Shown here in pieces: positions 40,301-49,669 of a DNA stretch of 64,000 nt (within the stretch, counting starts at the first letter, position 1; each line of letters starts with the position of its first letter). The translations under genes and the position numbers were made by a program. Source of the DNA: Chitinophagales bacterium (lineage in GTDB: Bacteria; Bacteroidota; Bacteroidia; Chitinophagales; Chitinophagaceae); contig JBBSRB010000001.1 of NCBI GenBank assembly GCA_038243445.1, forward strand, positions 9,949 through 73,948, given 5' to 3'. The notes beneath the pieces were generated by a model. That model did not search any database, had not been told where the DNA came from, and saw nothing but the letters and a program-made list of their open reading frames with translations.

Positions 40301-41174
40301 TTATCAAATTTTTCCGGTACATAGCTTCAAAATCAACTCCTACCAGCATTAGTTTATTAAAAAAAATAGTGTAACTACTTTTGGAGCTGTCGGTGGCAAG
40401 TGCGCTTATGGTGCAGCTATCCATTTGTATGCGTTTGCCAAATAGCTCCAGGTGAAAGCGTTTAAACTGAAGCCTGTGGCGGCCTCCGGGCAGTGTTATG
40501 TTTTGGTTTGTTGTGCGCAGTTCAATACTTTGTTTGTTTTCTACAAAGGCATCCCGCTTTTTTGCGTCATCCGCCGTTCGTTTTAAATCAAAAAAGATGT
40601 TTGAAATGATTACCGGGTCTGAAAGCGCTTTCATTTTATTAATCAACGTCAGTTTAGCGTTGTTGATAATAATGCGGCGAATGCCAAAATCATCCAGCAC
40701 GTCCAACATCGAATTGTACAACTTGCCCATTTCCTGCGTTACCGATAATTCGTCGCCTTCTGTTTGTCGGCTGCTGTCTTTTCGCCACTGCATTATTTGC
40801 ACTGTTGGGTCCTGTAAAATAATAGAATCCAACAAAAGCTTTTTTTGTAGAATAAGCGGCCAAAAAGAATTGATGCGAAGGTTCAATTTCTTAAAACCAA
40901 TATGATAAGTAGTTGGCTGCGTTAAACTGTCGGTGCTGGTAAGGTCGGCCTCCTTTACCTGCAATTCGTTCGTAAAAAAATTGAAACTAAGTTTCGAAAG
41001 TTCAAGTTTTATTTTGCCGCCCGATTTTGTGGCAACCATTTCTTTTAACACGCCGCGAGCATTGTTTACAAACCAAATGTGCAGCCCCAATACCAAAATC
41101 AGCAATACGCTGCAGATAATAAGCAGAACAGTTAAAATACGTCTGGAACGGGGTTTGCTTTTGGCTGTAGCCAT
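37326..41174 (-). CDS. Large AsmA/DUF748-like membrane-anchored protein (1282 aa)
   Basis: N-terminal TM after a basic tail; internally repeated beta-rich modules ending in ..P.I.I. Confidence 0.6.
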   Translation of the reverse strand: MATAKSKPRSRRILTVLLIICSVLLILVLGLHIWFVNNARGVLKEMVATKSGGKIKLELSKLSFNFFTNELQVKEADLTSTDSLTQPTTYHIGFKKLNLRINSFWPLILQKKLLLDSIILQDPTVQIMQWRKDSSRQTEGDELSVTQEMGKLYNSMLDVLDDFGIRRIIINNAKLTLINKMKALSDPVIISNIFFDLKRTADDAKKRDAFVENKQSIELRTTNQNITLPGGRHRLQFKRFHLELFGKRIQMDSCTISALATDSSKSSYTIFFNKLMLVGVDFEAMYRKNLIKADSVYCENPLFEINLNTAGGGSKKKEGLNPDQIVQELTGDLDLAFIGVKDAGIHINIIGKKSRSLFNSNKDDFEMRGLRINADSSKPVVVKSFNMLVRDYRLYSDDSSAAYTFDSVNFTNNKIVLTNFTVATELSRSQQHNYRDFKVPYFELTGLDWYELVFNQNVKAKEAQLYNPIINYIAAPSNKVKTKTNLFTALESVGNLVTLNKVNVVNGQINMKLGPATSFTLQNANLSLYSNQLLQSKNREGLRRAIDQLSFSNGLLKLKSVTAQLKNVRSTPGNLIVADKISLSSTANSVRGVVNNVVIKNMLLDDLEETIVVDGVTWRSATINLKNSPSKGSKKGTGSFSIKNVSGNNTQLTFSNENSSASTYIKSLKIADLSKHGNNAVTTGGLSLSGKNLSVASNGLSFSGAEYGIFSNAPSFLSAVNFKQVTGRDSVSLTAPQIVFSADLNALLANNLQIENVALQQPIISVSKGHNDIQKEATPAKNIIQINNISASEPVVNISIHKNDSVSIISLPPSKNSLILASNLLINEAGVQLGSLSAKTTAATFVKPTGEVIGVEKGIVDVQLSNLQLSNKGSKPTWSGVVNNLNVQNPASLRLGKPNSTLLLNQLSLGNFNLSSAYVTNFNELIKYNISAWLRTGSGNYTDSNTTLNWFGADYNSKDQTLSLDSFNYFPTQPRDSVIAKSPYQTDYITFQSGAVKFTGFNLEKYTKDSALQANTINVSNPIITIYRDKEPPFLGGTIKPLPVDMIENITLPVAVQRLNVQNGLLSYTERNAKTRAEGTLYLTNLNGGLYNIKNRNIGATDSLTLNLSAFLMDSAQLNLRVRQSYTDSLNGFLMTLRMKPTSLTFLNPVLAPLSNLIIKSGTIDSLHLRAIGREELSFGEMNMFYRNLRIQLVKDGQEDKSTFLQNAISFLANTFIIKKNNSGRTGLVYFERLRDRSFFNYITKMTFSGMATSIGIKKNRKYRKRYNQELKDRALPPIEWE

Positions 41175-41463
41175 TTATAAGTAGGAAATAATATTACCAA
41201 CGAAGATACAAACGGAAGGCCAGAGTTCTTTTTTGGGGCCGTAAATAATGGGGTCTACCCTTTTTTAAAGGTTTTGATTAACAAAGCGGCAAACGAAACA
41301 GCAAAGGTCTCATTTATTTTTATCAAAGAATTAATGATTGCTTGCCTCTTAAAATAAAGCCGCAGCTATTTTATACCAAAAGATTTAATCCTTTATTTTT
41401 AGGAATAAAGGATTAACCTACTGATTACAACTTGCCTGAAGATGATACCCTTTTTAAAGCCTT

Positions 41464-43704
41464 TTATCTTACATTCGATCCGTTTAAAGCAGCCTCGTTC
41501 GGGTTTACCAAAATCAGTTTTCCATCGGGCTGCTCGGCGGTTAAAATCATTCCCTGGCTTTCTATACCACGCATTTTTCGTGGCGCTAAATTAGCTACAA
41601 CAATTACTTGTTTGTTTACTAAAGATTCGGGCGTAAAATGCTGCGCAATGCCCGAAACAATGGTTCGTTGTTCAAAGCCAAGATCGACGTTTAACTTTAA
41701 GAGTTTATCGGCCTTTTGCACCTTTTCGGCGGCGGTGATAGTGCCAATGCGCATATCGAGTTTGGCAAAATCGTCGTACACAATTTCGGCCCTTACTTCT
41801 TCGGTTTTAACCTCAGGCATTGCTACCGGCTGTTGGTTGTTGTTTTCTGTTTGACTTTCCATTTTTGAATTTTCTAATCCTTTTTTCAAGTTGTTTATTT
41901 GTTCTTCCACTTCCCTGTCTTCAATTTTACGAAAGAGCAACTCGGGCGGCCGCAACGAATAACCTACGCTTAACAGCTTTACCGAACCTGCGTTTTCCCA
42001 ATCAAGCATCTTATCTACTACCTTCATTAAATAGCTCATTTTTTTTGCGGTGTTTGGCAAAAAAGGGTTTATAAAAATGGCGAGGTTAGCGCAAAGCTGC
42101 AGGCAAATATGCAGGCAATTGTCAATTTCAATTTGTGCCTTTGTGGCTTCGTTGGGGCTGCCGGTAAGAATTTTTGCTTTTATCCAGGGCTCTTTTTCCT
42201 GCATGTATTTATTGCCTTTGCGGGCCAAATCAATCACATCAAAAAGGGCTTCTCTAAAATTATAATGTTCAATACTGTCTTCAATTTTTATTTTTGAGGC
42301 TTTAATCGCTTCAATCAGTTCTTTGTCTTTTTCATCGGCGCTATCATTATGAAACTTAGGCACTTTCCCGCCGGTTAACTTGTGCATCAGCACAAATGTG
42401 CGATTAAAGTAGTTGGCGAAAATGGCCACCAGTTCGCCGTTCACCGCATCTTGAAAACCTTCCCAAGTAAATTCAGAGTCTTTATTTTCGGGTAAAATAG
42501 TGGTTAAATAATAGCGCAACGCATCTGCCATTTGCGGGCCGCCGTTATCTCTTTTTATAAAATCGTCAATATAAGTCTGCATGTCCAGCTTCCAGTTTCT
42601 GCTGGTGCTCATTTTATCGCCTTCCAAATTCATAAACTCGTTGGCGGGCACGTTATCGGGCAAAATATAACCGTGCATTTTTAACATCAGGGGAAAAATA
42701 ATGCAATGAAAAACAATGTTGTCTTTGCCTATAAAATGTACCAGTTTGGTATCGCTGTCAAGCCAGTAAGGCCTCCAATCGTTTCCAGTATTCAGCGCCC
42801 ATTGTTTGGTGGCCGAAATATAACCAATAGGTGCATCAAACCACACGTATAATACTTTACCGTCGGTGGAAGTATTACTGTTTAAATCTGAATCGTTCAG
42901 AGTAGTTGTTGAGGATTTGCTTCCCGGCACTTTTACACCCCAATCCAGGTCTCTTGTTACAGCCCGAGGCTGCAGTCCACCATCTAGCCACCCCTTACAT
43001 TGGCCTAATACATTTGCTTTCCAATCTTTTGCATGCTCGTTTAAAATCCAGTTGCGCAGCCATGCCTCGTGTTTGTCTAACGGCAGATACCAGTGTGTAG
43101 TTGCTTTTTTTACAGGTGGTGCACCGCTTAATGTACTTACCGGGTTGATCAATTCATCGGGACTTAAAGCCGTGCCGCAGCTTTCGCATTGATCGCCAAA
43201 AGCCCTGTCGGAGCCGCAATTTGGGCACGTGCCTTTAATATACCGGTCGGCTAAAAATGTTTGCGCTTCTTCATCAAAGTATTGTTCTGTTTCTTTTACT
43301 TCCAGTAATTCGCGGTCGTTTAAATAAGTAAAAAATTCCTGTGCAGTATTATGATGTATAGGATTGGAGGTGCGGTCGTACACATCAAAAGAGATAAAAA
43401 GATCGTCAAAGTTTTGCTTCATTATTGCATGGTACTTGTCAATAATAGCCTGCGGCGTAGTGCCTTCTTTGCGCGCCTGAATAGGAATAGCAGTGCCGTG
43501 CTCGTCGCTTCCGCATACAAAAACAACGTCGCGTTTTTGCGCCCTTAAGTACCGAACGTAAATATCTGCCGGTAAATACGCACCGGCTAAATGCCCAATG
43601 TGTTTTTGTCCGTTTGCATACGGCAGCGCTGATGTAATTAAATACCTTTTGGGCTCCTTTTTGACGTCTTTTTTCAACGCATTTCTCTCTGTTTGTACAC
43701 TCAT
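41464..43704 (-). CDS. metG: Methionyl-tRNA synthetase with C-terminal tRNA-binding domain
   Basis: SALPYANG..HIGH, Zn knuckle CPNC/CESC, YVWFDAPIGY, KMSTS, C-terminal Trbp111-like domain. Confidence 0.97.
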   Translation of the reverse strand: MSVQTERNALKKDVKKEPKRYLITSALPYANGQKHIGHLAGAYLPADIYVRYLRAQKRDVVFVCGSDEHGTAIPIQARKEGTTPQAIIDKYHAIMKQNFDDLFISFDVYDRTSNPIHHNTAQEFFTYLNDRELLEVKETEQYFDEEAQTFLADRYIKGTCPNCGSDRAFGDQCESCGTALSPDELINPVSTLSGAPPVKKATTHWYLPLDKHEAWLRNWILNEHAKDWKANVLGQCKGWLDGGLQPRAVTRDLDWGVKVPGSKSSTTTLNDSDLNSNTSTDGKVLYVWFDAPIGYISATKQWALNTGNDWRPYWLDSDTKLVHFIGKDNIVFHCIIFPLMLKMHGYILPDNVPANEFMNLEGDKMSTSRNWKLDMQTYIDDFIKRDNGGPQMADALRYYLTTILPENKDSEFTWEGFQDAVNGELVAIFANYFNRTFVLMHKLTGGKVPKFHNDSADEKDKELIEAIKASKIKIEDSIEHYNFREALFDVIDLARKGNKYMQEKEPWIKAKILTGSPNEATKAQIEIDNCLHICLQLCANLAIFINPFLPNTAKKMSYLMKVVDKMLDWENAGSVKLLSVGYSLRPPELLFRKIEDREVEEQINNLKKGLENSKMESQTENNNQQPVAMPEVKTEEVRAEIVYDDFAKLDMRIGTITAAEKVQKADKLLKLNVDLGFEQRTIVSGIAQHFTPESLVNKQVIVVANLAPRKMRGIESQGMILTAEQPDGKLILVNPNEAALNGSNVR

Positions 43705-43790
43705 TCTATTGTTACCGGTTTAACTTTACCTGCCGGCACAAAAATACCGCAACTTGCAGTTAATACTCATAAATCATAAATTGTGTATTC

Positions 43791-44819
43791 ATGATGAACC
43801 GCAAACAGTTTATTGGTGCTACAACAACATTGGCTGCAGGTTTGTTATTGCCAACTGCGGAAGTTAAATCTGCCGAAGATTTCAGTACCGCATGTAAAAT
43901 ACCGCCGTATTTAAAAAAAGGCGATGTTATTGGGATTACTTCACCGGCAGGTTTTATAACCCTGCCCCAAATACAACCGGCGGTGCAGCTAATGGAAAGC
44001 TGGGGCTATAAAATAAAGGTGGGCGATGCCATTGCGAAGAAAGAAAACACATTTGGCGGCACCGATGCGGAACGCGCCTCAGATCTGCAAAGCATGCTTG
44101 ATGATGAAAAGATAAGCGCAATTATGTGTGCCCGCGGTGGTTATGGTCTGGTGCGTATTATTGATGATTTAAACTGGGCAAAATTTAAACAACATCCTAA
44201 ATGGGTTATTGGGTTTAGCGATGCTACGGTGCTGCACAGTCATATTCATGCTAATTGCAACACCGCCACCATCCATTCTAAAATGACGAACTCTTTCCCC
44301 GACAACTGGAAGGATGCGGAGGCTATTCAAATCCAAACAATACTTTCTATTAACAGCGCACTACTGGGAAAAAAAATGGAATACGCTGCCTTGCCGCACA
44401 GCCAAAACAAGCTGGGTACAGCAACGGGCGTGCTCATTGGCGGCAATTTAAAAACGCTTGAAACACTTGCCGGAACCGCATCAGATATAAACACAGCAGA
44501 AAAAATTTTGTTTGTAGAAGATACCGGCGAATACCTCTACAGCATTGACCGTATGTTTTGGAATTTAAAGCGAACTCAAAAATTAAGGTCTTTAAAAGGG
44601 TTAATAGTTGGTGGCTTTAAAGTAAAGCCAGATGATGAGGGCGAAGAATTTGGAAAAACGTTGCAGAATATTGTTTTGGAGAAAGTAAAGGAGTACAATT
44701 ATCCAGTTTGCTTTGATTTTCCGGTAGGCCATCAGCGGGCCAACTTTGCCTTAAAATGTGGTGTAGTGCACCGGTTGTTTGTAAACGAAAACGAAGTTAC
44801 CTTAATAGAAATGTCATGA
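43791..44819 (+). CDS. S66 LD-carboxypeptidase with Tat-like leader
   Basis: MNRKQFIG... leader; ARGGYG, GFSD, FVED, PVGH catalytic motifs. Confidence 0.9.
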   Translation: MMNRKQFIGATTTLAAGLLLPTAEVKSAEDFSTACKIPPYLKKGDVIGITSPAGFITLPQIQPAVQLMESWGYKIKVGDAIAKKENTFGGTDAERASDLQSMLDDEKISAIMCARGGYGLVRIIDDLNWAKFKQHPKWVIGFSDATVLHSHIHANCNTATIHSKMTNSFPDNWKDAEAIQIQTILSINSALLGKKMEYAALPHSQNKLGTATGVLIGGNLKTLETLAGTASDINTAEKILFVEDTGEYLYSIDRMFWNLKRTQKLRSLKGLIVGGFKVKPDDEGEEFGKTLQNIVLEKVKEYNYPVCFDFPVGHQRANFALKCGVVHRLFVNENEVTLIEMS

Positions 44820-45736
44820 TAAAAATTCCACCCTATTTAAAAAAAGGCGATACCATTGGATTGGTTGCGCCTGCCGGATTTATGGCAGCATGTAAAATGC
44901 AAACCTGTATTATCACCTTAAAAGAGTGGGGCTATAATGTGCAATTAGGCGCCACCGCTCAAAGTAGTTCAAGCACTTACTTTTCGGGCACCGATGCCGA
45001 GCGCCTGAACGACCTTCAACAAATGTTGGATGACAAAAACATTAAAGCCATACTTTGTGCCCGCGGAGGATATGGAGTTAGTCGGATAATAGATGATTTA
45101 AATTTCAAAAGGTTTCAAAAAGCCCCTAAATGGATTGTTGGCTTTAGCGATATTACGGTTCTTCATGCACTTCTTTATACGCAGTACAAAACGGCATCGC
45201 TGCATGCGCCAATGGCAGCCGCTTTTAACGACGGTGAGGCCAGCAACGAATACATACTTTCTTTAAAAAAAGCCCTCAGCGGCGAGCCCGCCGAATACAG
45301 TTGTGCGCCACACGAACTTAACAAAAAGGGCCAAGCAACAGGAGAATTGGTGGGAGGGAACCTTACCTTGCTGGCTCATCTTATTGGCACGCCATCAAAC
45401 GTACGCACAAAAAACAAAATTCTTTTTTTGGAAGATATAGGCGAGTATTTATACAGCATTGACCGCATGTTATTACAATTAAAACGAGGAGGTAAATTTG
45501 GCCGGCTGGCCGGACTTATAATTGGTGGTTTTAGCGATATGAAAGATACGGAACGGCCTTTTGGAACAGAAATTCACAACATAATTTACGATCATGTAAA
45601 AGACGCTCCATACCCTGTTTGCTTTGGTTTTCCGGTAAGTCACAATAAAGAAAATGTGGCTTTAAAAATAGGCGGCCATTATCGGTTAAAAGTTACAGCC
45701 ACCCAAACTTTATTAACGGAACAAATAAAAAAGTAA
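44816..45736 (+). CDS. S66 LD-carboxypeptidase, cytoplasmic type
   Basis: ATG 44816 overlaps the previous TGA (ATGA); ARGGYG, GFSD, FLED, PVSH motifs. Confidence 0.9.
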   Translation: MIKIPPYLKKGDTIGLVAPAGFMAACKMQTCIITLKEWGYNVQLGATAQSSSSTYFSGTDAERLNDLQQMLDDKNIKAILCARGGYGVSRIIDDLNFKRFQKAPKWIVGFSDITVLHALLYTQYKTASLHAPMAAAFNDGEASNEYILSLKKALSGEPAEYSCAPHELNKKGQATGELVGGNLTLLAHLIGTPSNVRTKNKILFLEDIGEYLYSIDRMLLQLKRGGKFGRLAGLIIGGFSDMKDTERPFGTEIHNIIYDHVKDAPYPVCFGFPVSHNKENVALKIGGHYRLKVTATQTLLTEQIKK

Positions 45737-45848
45737 AACTTCGGCTTACTAATCTTCTGCGCATATTATATAGTGTTGGGGTAAATCTTCAAATACTATT
45801 TTCTAATTGGTACACACCCCTTTTTAAACTGTTTTTAATTTAGATACG

Positions 45849-47000
45849 TCAATAATAGCGTTGATATATATTGCGCATTCGTTGTGTCAACTCAGATTTT
45901 ATTTGCTCCAGAATTCCTTCTTTTATTTCCTCTTCCCTTGGTTCGTTCGCTGTTTTTCGGTTGTTTATCAGCTGGCGGTCGCTTTCGCTTAAGGCACGTT
46001 CATCGCCACGAAAAGATGCAAACTCAATCTGCCAATTATAACCGCCTTTGAATGCATCATTCCATAATATTTGCCCTTTGCTATTGCGGGCAGTTACGTA
46101 AAGTTCTCCGTCCGATACCAGCGTGCGCCGGGTAACCACTATTTCGGCCGAAACCCTTGCCCATTCCTTTACCACAGAATCGGGTTTGTAAACCGTTTCT
46201 TTTACCACTACTTCTTTCGATACGGTTCGGCTTTGCGTATTGTCATATGGGCGGCCCAGCTCCATTCTGCCCAATCGCAGTTCTAAAATTTCATCTGGTT
46301 CAATGTTATTACTCCGCGCTTCCCATTCCGAAAAAAACTTAATGAACTCATTATTAATATTGTAACGAAGGGTGCGGACAACCTCGTTTTCAAAATTGTT
46401 CAATTCGTACGAGTGGCTGTAACTGTAACCGCTGTTGTAAAATTGAGAAAGAGGTAAAACAACAACCCTTACCACAGCATGGTCGTATGCTTCGTTCATT
46501 TTTTTACGTATTGTCCTGTCCTCCGAATTGTATTGCAGCGCTCTTTTAAAAGAAAGATAGGCTTTACGGAAATCTTCTCTTTGACCACTTTCCATAAAGC
46601 CCAATCCTTTAGAAAAATGTACTTCGGCTGCTTTAATTCCAAACGTTTCTAAATAGGCAGAGTAATCCTGTGCGTTTATAAAGGAAGCAAGCGCCGGCTG
46701 ATTATTTATTTTAATATACAGATTTTGCAATTGCCGGTATTCGGCAAAAATCTGTTCGTACCGTAGTTCCTTATTGCTGTTTGATAAGGCGCGGATATTG
46801 TTTTGGTGCCTGGTTACCGCAAAGCGATACGCGTTTTGTGCAAGTGCTTTTGTTTCGCCATCAGATGGATTTTTTTGAAGTTTTTTTATGGCTAATTCAA
46901 TCGCTTTTTCATAGTTGCCTTTATTATACGCTTTGCCCGCCGTTTTGCAGGCGCCGAGGTAAACAACAAGCACAAAAAGTAGTGAGTAAATCTTTGTCAT
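45849..47000 (-). CDS. Hypothetical lipoprotein with TPR-like helices
   Basis: Lipobox YLGAC after a hydrophobic stretch; helical repeats. Confidence 0.7.
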   Translation of the reverse strand: MTKIYSLLFVLVVYLGACKTAGKAYNKGNYEKAIELAIKKLQKNPSDGETKALAQNAYRFAVTRHQNNIRALSNSNKELRYEQIFAEYRQLQNLYIKINNQPALASFINAQDYSAYLETFGIKAAEVHFSKGLGFMESGQREDFRKAYLSFKRALQYNSEDRTIRKKMNEAYDHAVVRVVVLPLSQFYNSGYSYSHSYELNNFENEVVRTLRYNINNEFIKFFSEWEARSNNIEPDEILELRLGRMELGRPYDNTQSRTVSKEVVVKETVYKPDSVVKEWARVSAEIVVTRRTLVSDGELYVTARNSKGQILWNDAFKGGYNWQIEFASFRGDERALSESDRQLINNRKTANEPREEEIKEGILEQIKSELTQRMRNIYQRYY

Positions 47001-47170
47001 GGGTAGGTTTTTTTATATAGGACGAAAGTTACCTTTTAATGTTACTGCCGAATTGTTATTTAGAAAGCTGTTAACATTTTCACGAAAGGGCTTTCTCGCC
47101 GCGAACGCGGAGGAGCGGAGACGCAAAGAATTTCAACAAATAGCAAGAGTGATTAAAACCTTAGAACATT

Positions 47171-47206
47171 AAAAAACCCTTTTGCTCTTTCCGGCAAAAA
47201 GGGTTT
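47171..47206 (-). terminator. Intrinsic terminator after kup, built from AAACCCTTTT/AAAAAGGGTTT arms
   Basis: aaaaaaccctttt-gc...gc-aaaaagggttt, 24 nt past the kup stop; U tract on the minus strand. Confidence 0.7.
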
Positions 47207-47229
47207 ACTATATATTTTTAAGACAAACT

Positions 47230-49200
47230 TTAATCTTCCAGCCGTTTTAATTTAAGGTTGGTAACAGGCGCTACTATCAGCGGAAACTTTTCAATGGTTA
47301 CGTTGCTTGCATCTAAGCCAAAGCCTCTTTCTTCTGAAAGACTTGCTTCTTTTAACCAAAAATGAAACTTCATTATCATACGTTCTATAATAGGTAGTTC
47401 GTTATCGTGGCTTAGATATTTTTCCAAAACAATAAAAGTAAAATCGCCTACAATATTGCTGCGCTCCAGACTTTCGTACCGGCTGGTAATGTTTACTTCT
47501 TTATTGGCTACCAAATCTTCCACCACTTTCCGAAACATTAAATTAATGCGTGGCTCTATTCTAAATCCTAACCTGAATTCTACCCGAATGATATCGTTTG
47601 GTATAATATGATCTACGCGGTATTCCATAGTGTATGGATCGTCGAGCGTATCTACATGCACAAACCAATAAATATCGGCACGCTTTGGTTTTTTATTTAA
47701 AATAGAATAGATGATTTTATGTTCAATTTCTTTTGGGTTATCGGCGCTGGTTAGGTACACCAGGTGCGTGGCGTATTTGGGCACCGAACGGTCGTTGCTC
47801 AACTCCTGTATTTTGGGAATGTAATGCTCCAGCCGAACAAATTCGATGTAGCGGTTTTTTATTTTACGGGCGCGGAACCAGGCATACATTACTACAAACA
47901 TTAGCCCGCCAATTAAAACAGTAACGTAACCGCCGTGTGTAAACTTTTGTAATAAGGCAATTAAAAACAAACTTTCTACAAAAACATACACAACTAAAAA
48001 CAGCCAAATAAATATTGGCCGTACCCGCCGCATTACCATAAAATTGGCAAAGAGCACCGTAGTCATTAACATGGTGGCTATAATGGCTAAACCATAAGCG
48101 GCTTCCATTCGTTCGGATGTTTTAAAATAAAGCACCACAAACACGCAGCCTGTAAACATCATCAGGTTCAGCGATGGAATAAACAACTGTCCGCGGGCTT
48201 CGGACGGATAACGGATTTTTAACTTGGGCCACAAATTCAGCCGCATGGCTTCGCTGATAAGCGTAAACGATCCGCTGATCATGGCCTGACTGGCAATAAT
48301 GGCTGCCAGGGTTGCAATAATTACTCCGGGAATAATAAACCACTGAGGCATTAAATCGTAAAAAGCATTTATCCCCATTGCTTCCTTTACTTCCTTGGTT
48401 ACCGTTATGCCTCTATAATTCGCCAGCAGCGAAGCGCCTTGGCCTAAGTAATGTAGAATTAAACAAGATTTTACAAATATCCACGAAATACGGATGTTGC
48501 TTTTTCCACAATGTCCCAAATCGCTATATAACGCTTCGGCGCCGGTAGTACATAAAAATACAGCGCCCAGCAACCATAAAGCATTTGGGTAAGAGCTTAC
48601 AAACTGAAAAGCATGGTGCGGACTAAAAGCGGAGATAATGGAAAGATCATCGGAAATATGAATGATACCCAAAATGGCCAACATGGCAAACCAGGTGGCC
48701 ATAACAGGACCAAAAAATTTGCCAATAGATGCCGTGCCAAATTGCTGTAAAAAAAAGAAAAGCGCCAGAATAATTAGCACGATGTAGACAATGTAATGCT
48801 CTATGCCGGCAAAGGTGGGTAGCTTTTCCAGGCCTTCTACGGCCGATGTGATAGAAATGGGCGGGGTGATGATTCCATCGGCAAGCAAGGCCGCGCCGCC
48901 AATCATAGCAGGTAAAACCAACCATTTTTTATGCCGGCGAACAAGAGCGTACAAAGCAAATATGCCACCTTCTCCGCGGTTATCGGCCCGCAAAACCAGC
49001 CATACGTATTTTATTGTAGTTTGAATTGTAAGCGTCCAGATGATGCAGGAAAGACTGCCTATAATTAAGCCATCGTCTATAGTACGCCCATTAATAATCG
49101 CATTATACACGTACAGTGGAGAAGTGCCAATATCTCCGTAAATAATTCCTAAAGCGATCAATAATCCTGCTGTGCTAAGTCTGTTTAAAGGGATTTTCAC
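47230..49200 (-). CDS. kup: KUP/HAK/KT potassium transporter
   Basis: GIIYGDIGTSPLY, ADNRGEGGIFALY, TGAEALYSDLGH, IASQAMISG. GTG start. Confidence 0.95.
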   Translation of the reverse strand: MKIPLNRLSTAGLLIALGIIYGDIGTSPLYVYNAIINGRTIDDGLIIGSLSCIIWTLTIQTTIKYVWLVLRADNRGEGGIFALYALVRRHKKWLVLPAMIGGAALLADGIITPPISITSAVEGLEKLPTFAGIEHYIVYIVLIILALFFFLQQFGTASIGKFFGPVMATWFAMLAILGIIHISDDLSIISAFSPHHAFQFVSSYPNALWLLGAVFLCTTGAEALYSDLGHCGKSNIRISWIFVKSCLILHYLGQGASLLANYRGITVTKEVKEAMGINAFYDLMPQWFIIPGVIIATLAAIIASQAMISGSFTLISEAMRLNLWPKLKIRYPSEARGQLFIPSLNLMMFTGCVFVVLYFKTSERMEAAYGLAIIATMLMTTVLFANFMVMRRVRPIFIWLFLVVYVFVESLFLIALLQKFTHGGYVTVLIGGLMFVVMYAWFRARKIKNRYIEFVRLEHYIPKIQELSNDRSVPKYATHLVYLTSADNPKEIEHKIIYSILNKKPKRADIYWFVHVDTLDDPYTMEYRVDHIIPNDIIRVEFRLGFRIEPRINLMFRKVVEDLVANKEVNITSRYESLERSNIVGDFTFIVLEKYLSHDNELPIIERMIMKFHFWLKEASLSEERGFGLDASNVTIEKFPLIVAPVTNLKLKRLED

Positions 49201-49669
49201 CGGGAGTTATTTAGAAAAGTAAGGAGCAAATCTATGCCTAAAACAAATGTTATCACTATTTACAGCCCGGCCTTTTCTGCGCCGTGGCGTTTTTGCCAGG
49301 TACCCTTTTTATAAGGTTTTTGTAAAAGAACCGCTTTCATTTTCTTAACCGTTAAGCGCACTTTGTCCGTTCCGTTTCGTCCGTTTGCTGCCTGTACCCT
49401 TTTTTAAATGTTTTTAAAGTACAAAGATTGAACTCGTTCAATTGCAAGTTTCAAATCAAAAAAAAATAACACGGCGACGGCAGAACAATAAAGGAAAGGC
49501 GAAGGCGATTTTCTAAATTTTTTTACGCAGGCAGGAAAAGCTCTGAAAAAGGCCCCGGCTTTATTAAAGTGTTAACAAGGGCTGCCCTTTTTTCAATGCA
49601 TCTAAACAAAAGTTTAACCGTCTTAGTTACAGCAGTATAGTAATTTTAAACCGAACAATATTTACAGGC

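Noticed and set aside
47096-47130. GC-rich CGCCGCGAACGCGGAGGAGCGGAGACGCAAAG stretch
   Set aside because: It resembles a degenerate intergenic repeat, but it is single-copy here and no structure could be established.
49201-49669. Riboswitch upstream of kup
   Set aside because: No recognisable ydaO/c-di-AMP or other aptamer consensus; the region is explained by divergent promoters and motif copies.
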